A DNA stretch of 63,605 nucleotides, counting the filler, from Platydemus manokwari (taxonomy: Eukaryota), in assembly GCA_037951405.1 (NCBI GenBank). It is 5 parts of 5 records of this genome, joined end to end, with 100 filler letters (N's around TTAATTAATTAA, not from the genome) between each part and the next. Parts side by side here need not be neighbours in the genome. Positions count along the whole stretch, not along the records: positions 24,612 to 35,762 come from JBBMOY010873310.1; positions 35,863 to 51,045 come from JBBMOY011330316.1; 3 more parts are not named here. One strand, written 5' to 3'. The notes below the pieces were generated by a model, which was not told the DNA's origin, searched no databases, and saw nothing but the letters and a program-made list of their open reading frames with translations. Of the stretch, positions 24,679 through 38,999 are shown piece by piece. The position numbers were made by a program, and so were the translations under genes. Position 1 is the first letter of the stretch. Each line of letters starts with the position of its first letter.

Positions 24679-27600
24679 TGACATTTATCTGTAGTATTTT
24701 TGCTTAGTCATAATAAAAACTCATTTAATATTCCTGTCTCTGTGATAAAAAAAAGTATTGAATTGAAAAGTATTTCTCTCTAAACGAAATTTTCGTTTTA
24801 TAATAATAAATTCTGACCTTTTCAAATGTGTTATATTTGAAAAAAGAAATGTTACAATATCTACCATCGATAATATATTTTTTATTAAAATATGAGATAC
24901 TCCATTTGCAAATTTGTTTTCTCATTTCTCACGATCTCAAAAATAATCGCGTCTAACTATTAATAGATTCTATTATTATCAATTCAGTGTAGGATTGAAC
25001 ATATTGTATTTTCCAAATATCAAATATCGATTCCGATTAATTGAATTTTCGCTTAACTTTTTAAAATTTTGTTTACGTAACGCAGTTGCCATAGAAACAG
25101 TAATTGATGTATGAATATTCTATGATGCAAGATTACTATTCAAAGTTATATTTTAACTATCATAATAAATATAATGAAACAACTAGTTGTATCTAAACTC
25201 AGTTTCTAAATTTGGATCATAAATTTCGATTATAAGTGAATATCTTACTACTATCGAATTCTCCGGCAAATATCATCTTTATTCTGAAATATATTAATTA
25301 GTTAACGTTGGCGTTAACAGTTTAGTTCGTCTATCGACACATCCATCATAATAGTAATAGTGACAAAGATTCCATATGAAGATAAAATTTTCAAGTCAAT
25401 TTTAAAATTGTTATGTCTTATAAAACGATTACAATTTTACAAAGCCCAATATTGATTTAAATATACTCGATATCACATTAATCGAAAATCCATTCACAAT
25501 TTACCATAGTCATTTTGGAATTTTATTTTGGAATTTGATTTTTCCTTCCATTATTTCTAATATGGTTTTATTTTTTTCATATTTGATTTCATCTAATATT
25601 TTTTGAAGCTTTAATGAAAAATTAATTTCCAATCGTTCGAATTGCAAATCTATAAGATTAATCTTTATCGCTTTGATCAATGATTAGAATGTCTTTCCCA
25701 TAGATAATCTCATCCACAATAACGCAAATTCCATAGCCAAGCATGTGTCTAATCGGAGCAATTTTCAATTTCATTAAAGCTATTGATAAAGTCGTCCAAT
25801 TGAATGTTGAATTAATATCTTATACCTATAAAATGACGGTTCAATTCTCTATTAGATCATAATTGATATAATTGACTGGTTGGTTTAAAAAATAATTTTT
25901 CAGTTTTTTTGTCTATCAATATTTGGGAATTCTGTTCATTTTATATGTGTATGGCCAACCACGGAAAATTTGTTGTTGTATATTATAAATTATGATTCTT
26001 TTATCTCAGTAAATATATAATTTTCCAATAATATCTCCCTCACCCTCGATCTTTCATTGTGAATTATTAGTTTTGGAATTGAAGATTCAATTTGATATAG
26101 ATATTTATAAAATAGACGATGACCATTATGATTGATTAAGCTTCATCTTCCAAATAGCCATCTGCTACCGACATCAGCACCATCAAGTATGACTGCTTCA
26201 TGGAAAAATCTTCAATTCAACGAGGATCCACAATTATCTCGAATCACCAACGAGTTGTTTCCATCAAGCCGAAGTCTGAATGAAAAGGTGACAAATCTGT
26301 TGGTCAAACAGACTGCTGTTATATTAGAGGATGAAAATTCAGAAAATCCCAACATTTTTTCATGTATGTGAAAAGATTATTAATTTCTTTTATTTATTTT
26401 TATTCATTGAAATTTGGATTCGTTAAATATTTGGGAAACATTCCAAATAATTTTTTTGTTTATTTTCCATAATAATATAATAATAATAATAATATCGATC
26501 ATATAATAATAATATAAGGTTTATAAGATCGTTAGGAATGTCTCACTTGTTTTGGAATTATTATCTGTCAGCTTGTGGATCTAATCATCACAGTATATCG
26601 GGTGCAAAATTACAATCGATGTTAATCAAAACTTAAATAAAAAAGTAACACCATCGATAACTTAACCTTTTTAATGGCTATACATTTACATTTTCTGAGT
26701 AAGAAGTTTCCAGCGAAAAAAGTTACGATAAAAGCTTTTGGTTTGCTAAATCCTAAAACCGATTTGTTCATCTGAGTACAGTTAAAAATATAAACTTAAA
26801 AACATCGATGTCATTTTTTAGGGATTCATTTTCCTTTTGAAGAATAGATCGCAAAAAGTTGTGGTTTTGGGAAGAATTTGATATTTTATTTATTATTGAT
26901 TTATTTCAATGGTATAATCGATTGTGAATCCGAGTTGTAAGCTGTTATTAGGTGAATTAAACAGGTCAAACTTTTTCTCATTGACTTCCTTATGCGAGCT
27001 TCATTTAAATATTATTTCATATATTTTATGAGGACGTCTTCGTAAAATCCAATCTTTGAATCCCTGACAAAAAATCCAAAATATCTTTATGTATCGGAAG
27101 TCATTTACATAATGGAGCGGATAACGAGTCTTATAATAAGTTTTATCATGCTTTTTTAAATAGAAATAATGACAGCCCGAACAGAGGTAATCGATTAATA
27201 AAGCATAGTTTTCAAATCTAAAATCCACTATTCTGTAATTCACATAGTGTAAGTCGAACTACCAGTCCACTTGATCTAACTTCAGTTGAGTCGTGGGTAT
27301 CAGTATATTTATATCTCTCACAGTATATAAACACATTGATTGATTCGATTCATATTTTTATTCCGTTTTTTAAAATGTATTGCAATTAAAATACCGAAAA
27401 TTTTAACAAATATGTGTTCCATTATTATTACAATTTACTTATCCGTATAAATTTTTTTATTGAAGATACATCTATATTGTGGGGAAAGCTGTCTCAAATG
27501 GGGAATTTTTTCAGTCAATAATTTTTGCGGGTTGTTTATAATTTGATTGGATGTTTTATATAATTTTATTTTAAAAAATATAAAATTTTCAATGTCGAAA

Positions 27601-29478
27601 TTAATTAGTATTAATTGTTGCTTGTATGAAGGATCAATTGCACAAATTCTGCTCCTTCAAATCTTGTCATGGATTTTTGAATTTTTGAAATAGTTCACTG
27701 TCAAACTGACCCTATGATTATTGCTATTTTTCGTCTGAACCTAATAATTTTAACTGTCTTTCCATTCGTTCATTGACTTAACTTGAGCTCAATTTTCAAT
27801 AAGGTTTCAATTAATGTGGTTATAATTCCCCCCTACTTTTTCAATCCACCATCTTTTCGCAAATTAATTTGGAATTAATTGGAAATCTCGCTCAGTGAAG
27901 CATAACTAAGTTACGAAATGATGTTGTAGATCTTTCAATGATGCCTTTATATAATAATACAATTACGTGTTACAATTTATCAGTAGTGGTTTCAATAGCT
28001 ATTAAATAGAGAATTTATCATTGATTAGAAAATATTTACCGAGATTATTTGATGTACGTTTGCTAAATATAGTTTGGAACTCAAAAGCTTAAATTGTCAC
28101 ATTTCTATTAAATTGAATTTCACACGAAATATCATCAAAGACACCAATGAAAAATTACTGATTTTCCAGTTTTGTTTTGCAGTTACAAATTCTTTATTTT
28201 ATCCGGTATTCGGAATATATCTGTTCCAGTTTTAAAAATCTTATCAGGTTTCATAAAATGAATATAGTCGTTGTTTGTTTGTTGTGCAAAATTAATCCCA
28301 CAGATCTAATTCGTCGAACATTGCAACCCGAAAACGATTTTCTAGATCTTAACCAAAATAAATCGATCCCGTTCTCGAGTAATCACGAAAACCTGGTGTT
28401 TTATTGAATAATTGATCAATGAGTCGAGTGCAGGGATAAGTTGGCTCTTATTTTTTACTTATAAAAATCAAATATAACCTCAAACAGTACAAGAATTACT
28501 GAGTTCAATTTCGGTAATTTTTCTTTTTGGTATTAGTTCATTATCTAAAAATAAAACTCTAATAACTATTTAGTTTTGATCTACAATATTTTCTTTTACG
28601 AAGATTTTTTATTCTATTTCAAGCATTCGCCTCATCTAGTGGCTAAAAAGTAGGTTCACACTTGTTAAAGTGTGTGTGTGTGTGTCAGAATATCCTAGAA
28701 GAATGTTGCAATGTTGAAGGAAGGTATTTTGATTATCTGAGAGATTAAATTGTTTAACTTATGTAAACAGGTTTAACGCTGTTATAGTGTCGAATTTTCA
28801 AATAAATAATGAACCACATATAATATTGATTTTTGTTTTTACTATAGTCATAATTAAACGATAAAAATTTATTGATAAAATTTACAAATGTTGAAAGTAA
28901 CTTTTAACGAATGACATAAATCAATATCATCTCCAAATTAAGCTTACTGCTCTAGTTGGTGATGAATTTTTGTTTGAAATTGAATTTTAAAAATATGACA
29001 ATTTTTCTTTTCCATCAATAAATATATGTTATATTGGAATAAAATTCAAATTATTTGTTACATGTTCTTACTAGTTGTGAGAAAAATCATCGATTGAATG
29101 TCCAATAGAATTTAATTGAAAACTTACAAAAAAAAGATAAGAATAATTGTTGTGGATATATGATTTTAAGAAGCCCAATATTTGTTGATATCTATATGAT
29201 ACAAATATCCAAATCATTTACGAAATAAACGATACTGTATACTGGATTGGTAATGAAAATCTTTCTAAAATGGGAATCTGTGTTAGGAAAATTTTTTACA
29301 AATTTTTTTCTGACAAAAAATCGTTAAATTCAACTCTTGATGATCAATTTTTTCTCGGTATTTTTGGAAATGTTTTATGATAAAATTTTCGTCACACCAT
29401 CAATAATATTACATGGCAAATTTCGTGAAGGAAACACTTTAATAATAATATGATAGAAATGTCAATACAACCCGTATA

Positions 29479-29479
29479 A

Positions 29480-29540
<61 letters not shown>
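29479..29540. repeat. Perfect (AAT)n microsatellite, about 20 units
   Basis: Direct reading. Confidence 0.97.
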
Positions 29541-29542
<2 letters not shown>

Positions 29543-32500
29543 CGTGAAACATCAATATTATATTTGAGAGATCAATAAAACAATTTTGTTCAACTTCTGA
29601 TAGAGCAAATTCTCATTCTGAGTTTCAACGTATTACTACTATAATATCACAATTTTCTACGAAAAGCCTGGAGAAATTATTTATAGCATCAGTCTAATGC
29701 GCATGTACATGGTGTAAAATATTGTATTTAAGTCATATTTTCTATCCAATCTCATCGTAGATTTGTATTTTGTAACAATCATCACCAAGACAACCACAAA
29801 TGTAGAATTTCTTACAAATAATTATTTTTGTTAATTACTTCAATTTGATCAAATTACTTGATATTTTTGTACTAAAATTGTGAAATATGATTTTCCACTG
29901 GATAAATTCGATATTGGCATAGAAATGAAATTTTATTGATTTTATGGGTTTTTTCATGAGAAAATAAAATATTACGCAATTCTATCATGTATTTTTTACA
30001 TGCAACTTGTTAACACATGACACTGTTAGCAAGGCTTGTGTAGTTTAGAATATCAAAACGATGTATTGAATGTTATTTCTTATTTCCCAGTCTATTTTCC
30101 ACAGAGACAGATTATTTCTTTATTGTTTTATAATGTTTAAAATTTATCTATTTTTTCGTAAATCATTTTCATTTTATTCTCAATGGTTTATTTTTCTCTC
30201 ATTCAATATTTTATGTTTATTGTTTTTTACTTTATCAATTATAAATGTCTCAATTAATTGATTTTAACTGTAATTTTATCTCTCAAACAATGGTTTTCCC
30301 CAAAGCCATTCCAAACCTAGTGGTGTAGATGGTTTTTAAAAAATCCTGGGTATTAAAATTATGTCGATATATTTAGGTTTCGTCTAAATCTTGTTGATGT
30401 AAACATCATTACACCACGATAGAATTTATAAATGAGCACTATCCAACGATAAATCTCATCCAATCAACGATCTGTCATGCACACAAACATTTATACATGC
30501 ATGCATCCGCATACATTCACATACATACATAATCCACTTTTGAGGATGTCGGTAAACATAGTAATTTTCCTAGATTCGATTTTATTTATAATATTATGAA
30601 TCATTAAACCGATCAAACGAAGTCGTTCTTTACCAAAGAAACAGTTTATAGGCATGAAATCATATCAACGAAGCAATGTGAATACTTGATAAATTATAAT
30701 AGTCTAGAACACATTGATATCTTGTGTCACTGAGTCTTTTTTTTTATTTATTCATTCAAGATAAAAGAAAATGGAAATTACTTGACCTACAATAGATATT
30801 CTAATGGTCTATGAGGAATTGAGAAATCTTATAAAACCTGCTTCCTCATTTAGTTCGTTAAAAATACTTATAAAGATTCAATATCGAGTTGTATTGAATG
30901 GAATTTATCTTTTATAAATATAATTTCCGATCTACAAATATCAGTGTCAATTGAAAGAAAAAATCCTAAATCGAAGATTCTTAATGATATTTATTAAGTC
31001 CCCAGTGTCAAGAAAAGATTAGTTACCAATTATCTTACTTGAAGTGTTTACTCGACAAAAAATTCTATTCTCAGATCTACATCTCTCATGATATCCATAA
31101 AAGAGATGAGACGATCAACAATTTATTTATACATTATACAGGCCTAATGGACCTGATTTTGGTTCGTTTTTTTTTCGTAACTATTCTAGCAATATCAAAT
31201 TTTAATGGAATTAATCTGCATTAATGCATATCGCCAATATTGATCTAGTGTTTCAAGTGATAAAATGCTAAGTTTATCCGGCTACACGAAACCCAACACC
31301 AGGTACTGAAATGAGTGAATAATTTTCATTGAAATCATGAAAAAATTAGCATTGATTAGTGATATTATAATAGACACAAGATGAAAAACCTTTCACGAAA
31401 CGATGAACTATAAATAAAATCGGCTAAAATTACAAAAAAAAATATATTTCTCAATAAAAAGCTAAAGGATAAGATCTTATTGAATATTCTCGTCGCTATT
31501 CCATCACTGGATGGAATGAGATAATTTCCTAATCAACGACGACTATAAATTCTAAAATTTTACCATAGATGTCTCAGAAATCAATATTTCCTCTGATTTA
31601 ATAACAGTTTGCAATAACAGTTCTTAACAGTAATTAAAATTTTGTGGAGGCGGATTATAGTTCTTTTTTTCGCATAATTTTCTCTCATATATACATGTTT
31701 CAAATTTTGGTACATTTCAGTTTAGATAATGAATGTCTAGTTATTTTTAAAATCATTCCACATTGCAGTGAAATCTTTTTGTTGTGTTTGATTGATCGAA
31801 AACTTATGTTTATTTCGAAAATAGATTTGTGCTCGGTGGTGAGTCGATTAAGCCAAAATTGAATTTGTGATATATATATGTATATATAATTTGTGTTGAA
31901 CATTTTTCGTTGGCTCACTCTAAATACGATGATTTAAATATGCGTCAAGTCGGGTTCTGTGATGAAATTATGTTAATTTTTTGCATTCAGAAGGGCACGT
32001 TTATAAGATTTATGTAGAACTTTCGTAGAAAAATCTATAATTGATAAAAATGTAGCATACCGCCACATGCCGATTGATTTAAAGTGATACACTCAAACAC
32101 ATTTACCGTGTGATATATTTAACATATGCGATAAATAAATATAAATCGATAATTAAGAATCTTTTGATTAAAAAATGTCAAATAAACTTGACGATAAGTC
32201 GAGATTTGTTAGAAATATGTACCTGGGTTTCTTCTTTGATGTGTATATGTTAAAGTTAAATTATTTCTGGTTTCGTTTTCTGGTAAAATTAGAGAAGAAT
32301 TTAATCTTTCTAGTATTGATTTTGATATCACCATATTAATGTTTATCATGGGAAATATAAGCAAAGGTTTACACCTCTGCTTTCGTCTAACATGATTTAC
32401 TGCATAGTGCTCGCTATTAATTCATTGATTTTATCGAAAAAATCAATTAATATTTTTAGTTGTTATAATAAATGTATTTACGCTATTTAATCAATATATC

Positions 32501-35436
32501 GAATAAAACTTGATGTATTGTGGTTTATCATTGTTTTCTGTGATCAATGATCAGTATTACTGATATCATTTCGAAATAAAAGGATCTGGATTTAATCAAT
32601 TAGTGTGCATTGAGTAAGGTGGGTTGATTGAATGAATCCTCGACAGTTATGGAGATAATTTGCCATATATTCTCGAATATAATACGCACATTGTTTGTTA
32701 CTTATAAAGATATATTCTCGTGATTATAATAAAAAACACACTAAGGCAAATAATGATTTGTTGTGAATTGGATAAAGGTTGTGTGTGATTCAATGCCAAC
32801 GGATTTGGTCCAGAAGTCATTCATAAAATGTTGAATATCAAAGTCTATGGATGGCATCGTGGAAGTGCTTCTTTGGAAGAATCCAACTCGAATACGAGAA
32901 GTAATGATGGATAAAAGTCTTGATGAAATGTTCGATATCATAATTACTCCAGAAGAACCGCAATCTGACTATGGTATTAGTTGGGAAGAATTGTAGGCTA
33001 TCATGTTAGGGAAGTTTTATTTATTTCGCAAGTTTTAAATTTTTAAATTTTCTTATATTTTGATCATCCGATACATCGAAAAATTATATCCAATGATAAA
33101 TGATAGTTGAAAATCGGGCCAAACGTTTTCCTTTTTGTTATCAAGCAAATCTTAATGCTAATTCCAAACCCTTTTTATTCATATTTAATTTTGCTATAAA
33201 ATATATAATTAATACCATACATAATCGTTCCTAAGATGTATCAGACAGAAAAAATACACGAAAAGGCTCTTGTTTTCAGAAAAGAAAGAAAAAACAACGG
33301 TTTTAAAATATGTTTAGAAAATTACTTCGTTAGGAACAAATAGTCTTTACTATGTTCTTAGCCAATATATCTTTAAATTCCAAAGAAAGCTTCTTAACAA
33401 TTTTCGGTTGGTTATTGATCAAAACATTAGTAGCTTATGGTAAATTACCTAGGTTTTCGTAATCGTTTGTAAATTCATATCTGATGGAAAAAATATTTTT
33501 AATATATATTTTTTATTCAAAATAAATGTCGAAATAAACAGTTTTGTTTAAATTTAAATATAAAATATAAGCTGAATCTAATTTCTTAACGTAGTGCCTT
33601 AAAATGAGCATAATTATGACAATAGATATTGAATTGTAATGATTAAACTTTACCCACATAATAAATTGTAAATGTATTTTGTTGCGTGTTTGGTTTCGAC
33701 TAAAAGTAGCTGCTGCTAAATCATTTAATATATATTGAAACCCAGCTTTACAAGTCAACGCAAAAAGTATATTTATATTTTAATTAATTTGGTTAATGAA
33801 GAATTAGTAATTAAAGAATATAAAATAATTGGTTATTGAAGAATATATATAAAGACTTTGAAATCCTTTCTTCAAATTCGCTACACACCTTGTGATTGGA
33901 TTTTCCTTTTATTCTCTATTTTTATAACGTATTCTCTTTATTTGTTTTATTTATATTTTATATCTACTACTTTTTCTATATCTTGTCTATATTTTCTCAT
34001 ATATTTCACACAATTTCTATATATATATATAATCCTATTATTATAGGTTGTGTTTGCAGGAAGTTTCACCCCATCAGATACGATAAACCTTCAACAATTA
34101 CTAAAATTTTCAATGATTAATGTTTTACACGAGCATTGCTGGTGAGAGCTTCAGTAAGTGATAAATATGTGGCCACTTTTCTAGCCATTGACTATATCAG
34201 TATAACCATCGTACTTTGTTTGAATTTTTTGTCATTTTATTCCGGTGTGTAAAATTTTCTTGATTAATTTTCTGGCATCTTCACGAAAAATAATGATTTA
34301 CTGTTTGTAAATTTTATTTATTTATTTTTACTATTTCACTCATCGATTTCTTGTTAACTCCGTTTGATTTATTTTTGAAAAATTTTTCAACATAAAGCTC
34401 AAAAATATTTTCCTTTTATTTATGTTTAAAAATTTTCAAATAATTTGGGATTTAACATCCAATAGAATGGATTTTTATTAGCGAACTTTATCACGGATGA
34501 ACTTTTTTGTCTTATTTTTTTCTATATCAGCTTTTTTTGTGAGATTTCATCATACGTAATCAATATTTGATACGGTTTAGTGAAAGAAGGCATATCAAAC
34601 ATCATTCAATATCTCATACAAGATCATATCGTAATTTAAAACCTTAATAATTAAATTTAATGGATTAATATTGTGCAATTCTTTGAATTACGATGATAAA
34701 TCCACAGGAATGAATCTCATTGAAAATTATATTTAATATGGTATATACATTTTTATATAAAATATATTTATTGATTTTTTTCTCTTATAATTTTAATTTT
34801 TTGTGATGATTTTTGAATGATCAACAGCGGCTTTAAATTTTAAAATGCGTGTATTTTCCTTGTTATTCATGTAATTGATAGAAATAAAATTTAATTTTAA
34901 ATTATTCCAGTTCAATTCGGTTAATACTATTTTGATAGAAATAATATTACATCATTCAAATAAAAACAATCCCAGTAATCGAATTTGTTAAAAAAAATTA
35001 AAATTTATTGTAATCATTGAGGAAACTCAGATTCGCATGAAACCGAAAGAGATTTTTCTTATTACTCAGTCGAACTTGAACTGTCAATTTATGTATGGTC
35101 GTTTATTGTAAACTGCTCTAAATGTTTTAATTACGCAGTAACTTTTTTCCATCAATTTCAACAAAAGGAATCGAAATTAAAATTTTATAGTGATATTAAA
35201 TCAAATAAATTACTAGTAATCTATTGTAAAATGCAGATTGATTTTTGATCGATTTTTTGTTCTGAAATATCTGAAACAAGTAGAACATTAAATAAAGACA
35301 AATGCTATTAGCAAAGAATAAGTGGCTAGAAAACATCAGGTGACTGTAGACATATGTTCGATGAACACATAAAATATATTGATATTTCAAAAGCATGTAA
35401 TTTAATACGTTTTGAAATTCCGTTTATAATGTGGGA

Positions 35437-35762
35437 AAAATATTGGGCTAAAGTTATAAAATGGTCCTAAAATGAAATTTTAAATTTGTTGAGTGTATTG
35501 GAAAAATCTATATAGTTTATTTAATTATATTATTTAAAAAAATTTTTGAATATTTTATGTAAGTACTTAAGAAGAATTATAGTTGTTTGAAATCAAAAAT
35601 TAAATAGACTAGAGCGTAAAAATCTCTTAAATTTGGATTATTTGAAAAAGGGATCAAAGCATGTTAAATTGCAATTTAATGAAAATTTTTTAACATAAGA
35701 AGCAAATTGAGAGATATTCTCAATTGTTACAATTATTTTACAAAAAATAACCAATGATATTA
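35437..35762 (-). repeat. Inverted partial copy of the 18.9-19.5 kb element, cut by the gap
   Basis: agaagcaaattgagagatattctcaatt...aaccaatgatatta is the reverse complement of 19163-19228; cctaaaatgaaatttta..tttgttgagtgtat also matches. Confidence 0.8.
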
Positions 35763-35862
35763 NNNNNNNNNNNNNNNNNNNNNNNNNNNNNNNNNNNNNN
35801 NNNNNNTTAATTAATTAANNNNNNNNNNNNNNNNNNNNNNNNNNNNNNNNNNNNNNNNNNNN
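35763..35862. other. Artificial contig linker (N44-TTAATTAATTAA-N44)
   Basis: Same 100-bp structure. Confidence 0.98.
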
Positions 35863-38408
35863 AATTCCTATCCTAGAGAGATTTCATTATCAATCTTAAT
35901 TAGATATAGATAAAAATATTCCAATCATTGAATAATTACTTTATTATTTAAAATTATTATTAGTTAATTTGAATTTTCCTCACAAATTCATGACTACGAA
36001 CCCATTATTAGGTGAATCTTGTCATAGAAGCGTCACGATACTAACAATAACTCCAATTTAAGAAAGAAACCTTTCCTACCGCTTTTTTATTTGAAAATAA
36101 AAAAAAATTAAATATAAAATAATTGGTATAATAATTATGTCTGACATTTTTCACTCATCAACACAAATAATATCGGTTAAATTAATTTCAATTATCCAGA
36201 TTCATCTTTAAAACAGATTTTATTATGACGAATAATTACGTTTTGGAGAAATGAAACTGGTTTCAATTTTAGACATTCTCATCATAGAATAATTTATTAC
36301 AATTGGGATTAGATTGATCGAGAAACCAATGGATATAATTTTCACTATTGAAATAAAATAAATCATTAGACGTATATCATGAGGAATTTTGAGATTTAAG
36401 AAAATTTCAATTTCGACTTTCTATTACAATAAATCAGCAGATATCGACTGACAGAGAGGGAAAAATAATTATTTCATTAATTTCAAATTTGGAATATTCG
36501 ATTGTGTAATAATGATGGCAAACGAGATTAAAAGAATACATGGGGATTATGTTGATTTTATCTTTTTAACGCTTTAATAGTTAGTACATGGGAACAAGAT
36601 TGTAACAAGATTGGTTTAACCTATCATTTTCAAGTTCGAAAAAATTATTAAATTAATCAATTGTGAGGATTTAAAAGATTTGATAAATAATCGTTGATAA
36701 TTTTAGATAAATTAGATGATTGAAAATATCTTTAAATCTTTTTGATTAAATGTACTTTGTAGGTTGAACTTATTAAATTGTCTTTGATTAATTTTTTTTT
36801 TCATTAAATACTAGCAGATGATAGCCAATTATGTATTTATATTTGATTATGAGAAAATCAATGTCAAAAAGTAGAGAATACGTAGAAAAAATTTAAAAAT
36901 AACGTTTATTTTGATTAGATACAAAACATTTGATATTTAAAAACAAATGGAAAATCCAATAAAAAGATATGGAAAAAATTGAAAAAATTAATAATGAGGC
37001 GATATGAGAGTTTTATTGATTTTGGAAATAATTTTTAATCATTTTAAATAAAATAAACGATCAGAAATATGTTAAAACAATTTGTTTGAATATATTTGGT
37101 AACGATACTTTGTGTGTTGAACTTCTTAGTTTATGTTCAATTCATATTTAGTAAGACAGTAACAGCTAACATCGTTTATGCCAAAATATATTATATTTAT
37201 CAAAATCGTAATTGATGTTCAGTAAATCAGGTAAAATTTAATAAATATATACACGAAAATACGATTTTTCAAGATGTCTAGACTGATTTTCAAGTCATTT
37301 TCAATGTCTCTTGTTTCAATGCAATTGACAAGTGGTGAAAAATTCCATTCTTCCAATTGAACAATATTGAAGCAAAAGCAAATTTCTCAACACACAACAA
37401 GTATACTTCAAAGATTACTATAATATCTATTGAATGATGAAAAAATCGTCTCAGCAAACCCATTCCAAAATCATAATGATTCTATTTCTCGTATGGAGAT
37501 TCAATTATTATTTGAACATATTTCCCAATCTGGTACAATTAGAAGTTCAAGACGTAAGAAAATTTCTTCCAAACAATGAAAGAAATAATCGATATTTACC
37601 ATTGATATTTCTATCATTTGAATTATTGATTTAATCTGTACAATAAATCATCCCAGGCTTAATCACTAAAGTACTTATCTATCTTTATTTAAAATACAAT
37701 GTTATGTCATTATTGAAACCTCTAGTCAGACCACGCCTAAATTCCGAGAATGAAATGTTAAGGAAACTATATTCTCTTCAATATTCAGAGAAAGATAAAT
37801 TTGATTTCATTCTGTAATTATATAATCACCATCTTTCGTTGAATGTCGAAAGGATTTTGGAAAAAATATTTCTATTTTATATAATTAAAGTTTGCGCATA
37901 AATATCGGCCAGTGATTGCTGAACAAGTGTCAAAATATTTGTTACCGGTGGACATTTCATATATTTTAATGGATAATTTTTTTGTTAATAAAATCGATAT
38001 AAGAAATGAATAATAAAAAAAATAAATTCAAAAATAATAATACAAGAATGTTTTTAATTTGTGGCACTGTGATTTTTGTAAGTTACTTTATTCAAGTTCA
38101 TTGGAATTGAAAAATATTTGAAGTTAGTTTTCAACGCACGGCCACTGGAACTCAGAATTTGTGACGGGGTTCTTCTTATAAACGGACCTAATGACTTAAC
38201 CTCAGCTGATTTGGAATTCTTGGATTTAATTGAGATAATATTTAAATATAAATAAATACCGAAATAGGCTGTAATTCTTATTGTAATTAAGTGTTTTAAT
38301 AATTTTTAAATCCGCGGGTTAAACATCTCAAATTCTATTGGATAATATTTATTATTAATATGATAGTGTAATTACATAATTTTGTACTGGATATAATTAT
38401 ATATATAT

Positions 38409-38513
38409 CAGGGGTGGCCAACCGGTCGATCTTGAAGCCAATTTTAGTCGATTGCGTGAGATGTTATTCAAATGAAAAGTCGATCTTACGTACACAAAAG
38501 TTGGCAACCGCTG
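38409..38513. mobile_element. 105-bp hAT-Charlie-like MITE
   Basis: TIRs CAGGGGTGGCCAAC / GTTGGCAACCGCTG; flanks ATATATAT / ATCTAAAT fit a diverged 8-bp NTNTANAN TSD. Confidence 0.8.
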
Positions 38514-38579
38514 ATCTAAATGATAAAAGAAATAAGAAAAAGATTTTGAATTATTAAAACTAAAGTTAATCACTAATAC

Positions 38580-38960
38580 AATATTGCTACACCAAAAATA
38601 TGAAGTAATGACAGATGCAAGCCATTTAGCTAATGCTGCTATATTGGCAAAGCAAAATGATTGCTAAAAGGATTGCATCATTACATTTGTAAGTAAAGAT
38701 TTAACGAATTAACATTTCTTCTTGGCTTATAATTTAAATGAGTACAATTAGAAAATAATTGTTAATGATCTGAGATAAAATATACCATATTCGTGGAAGA
38801 CAACATTTTTGCTAAATTCATTCCACAATTTTAATGATCCGAATCCCGGCCAGTATTTCATATGTTGACATGAGAGATTAAAAATGAAGTCATAATGATG
38901 GTATTGTAAGTCGATGGGATTAGGAACAAAATATGTTACTAAATATTAAATTAGAGATCC
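38580..38960 (+). mobile_element. Decayed Gypsy pol fragment (RNase H, possible start of the integrase Zn region)
   Basis: VMTDASHLANAAILAKQNDC*KDCIITFVSKDLT matches TDAS..GAVL.Q....I.F.SK.L. Confidence 0.65.
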
Positions 38961-38999
38961 TTTGATCAATAAGAAGTGACAATTTTTATGATTCTTTGA

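Noticed and set aside
30380-30545. tRNA-derived SINE-like head (GTGGTGTAATG on the minus strand) and CATA repeats
   Set aside because: No B-box and no second copy in the window.
30070-35396. Numerous 60-80-aa F/I/L/Y-rich ORFs in the ORF track
   Set aside because: Expected by chance in AT-rich DNA; no motifs or splice support.
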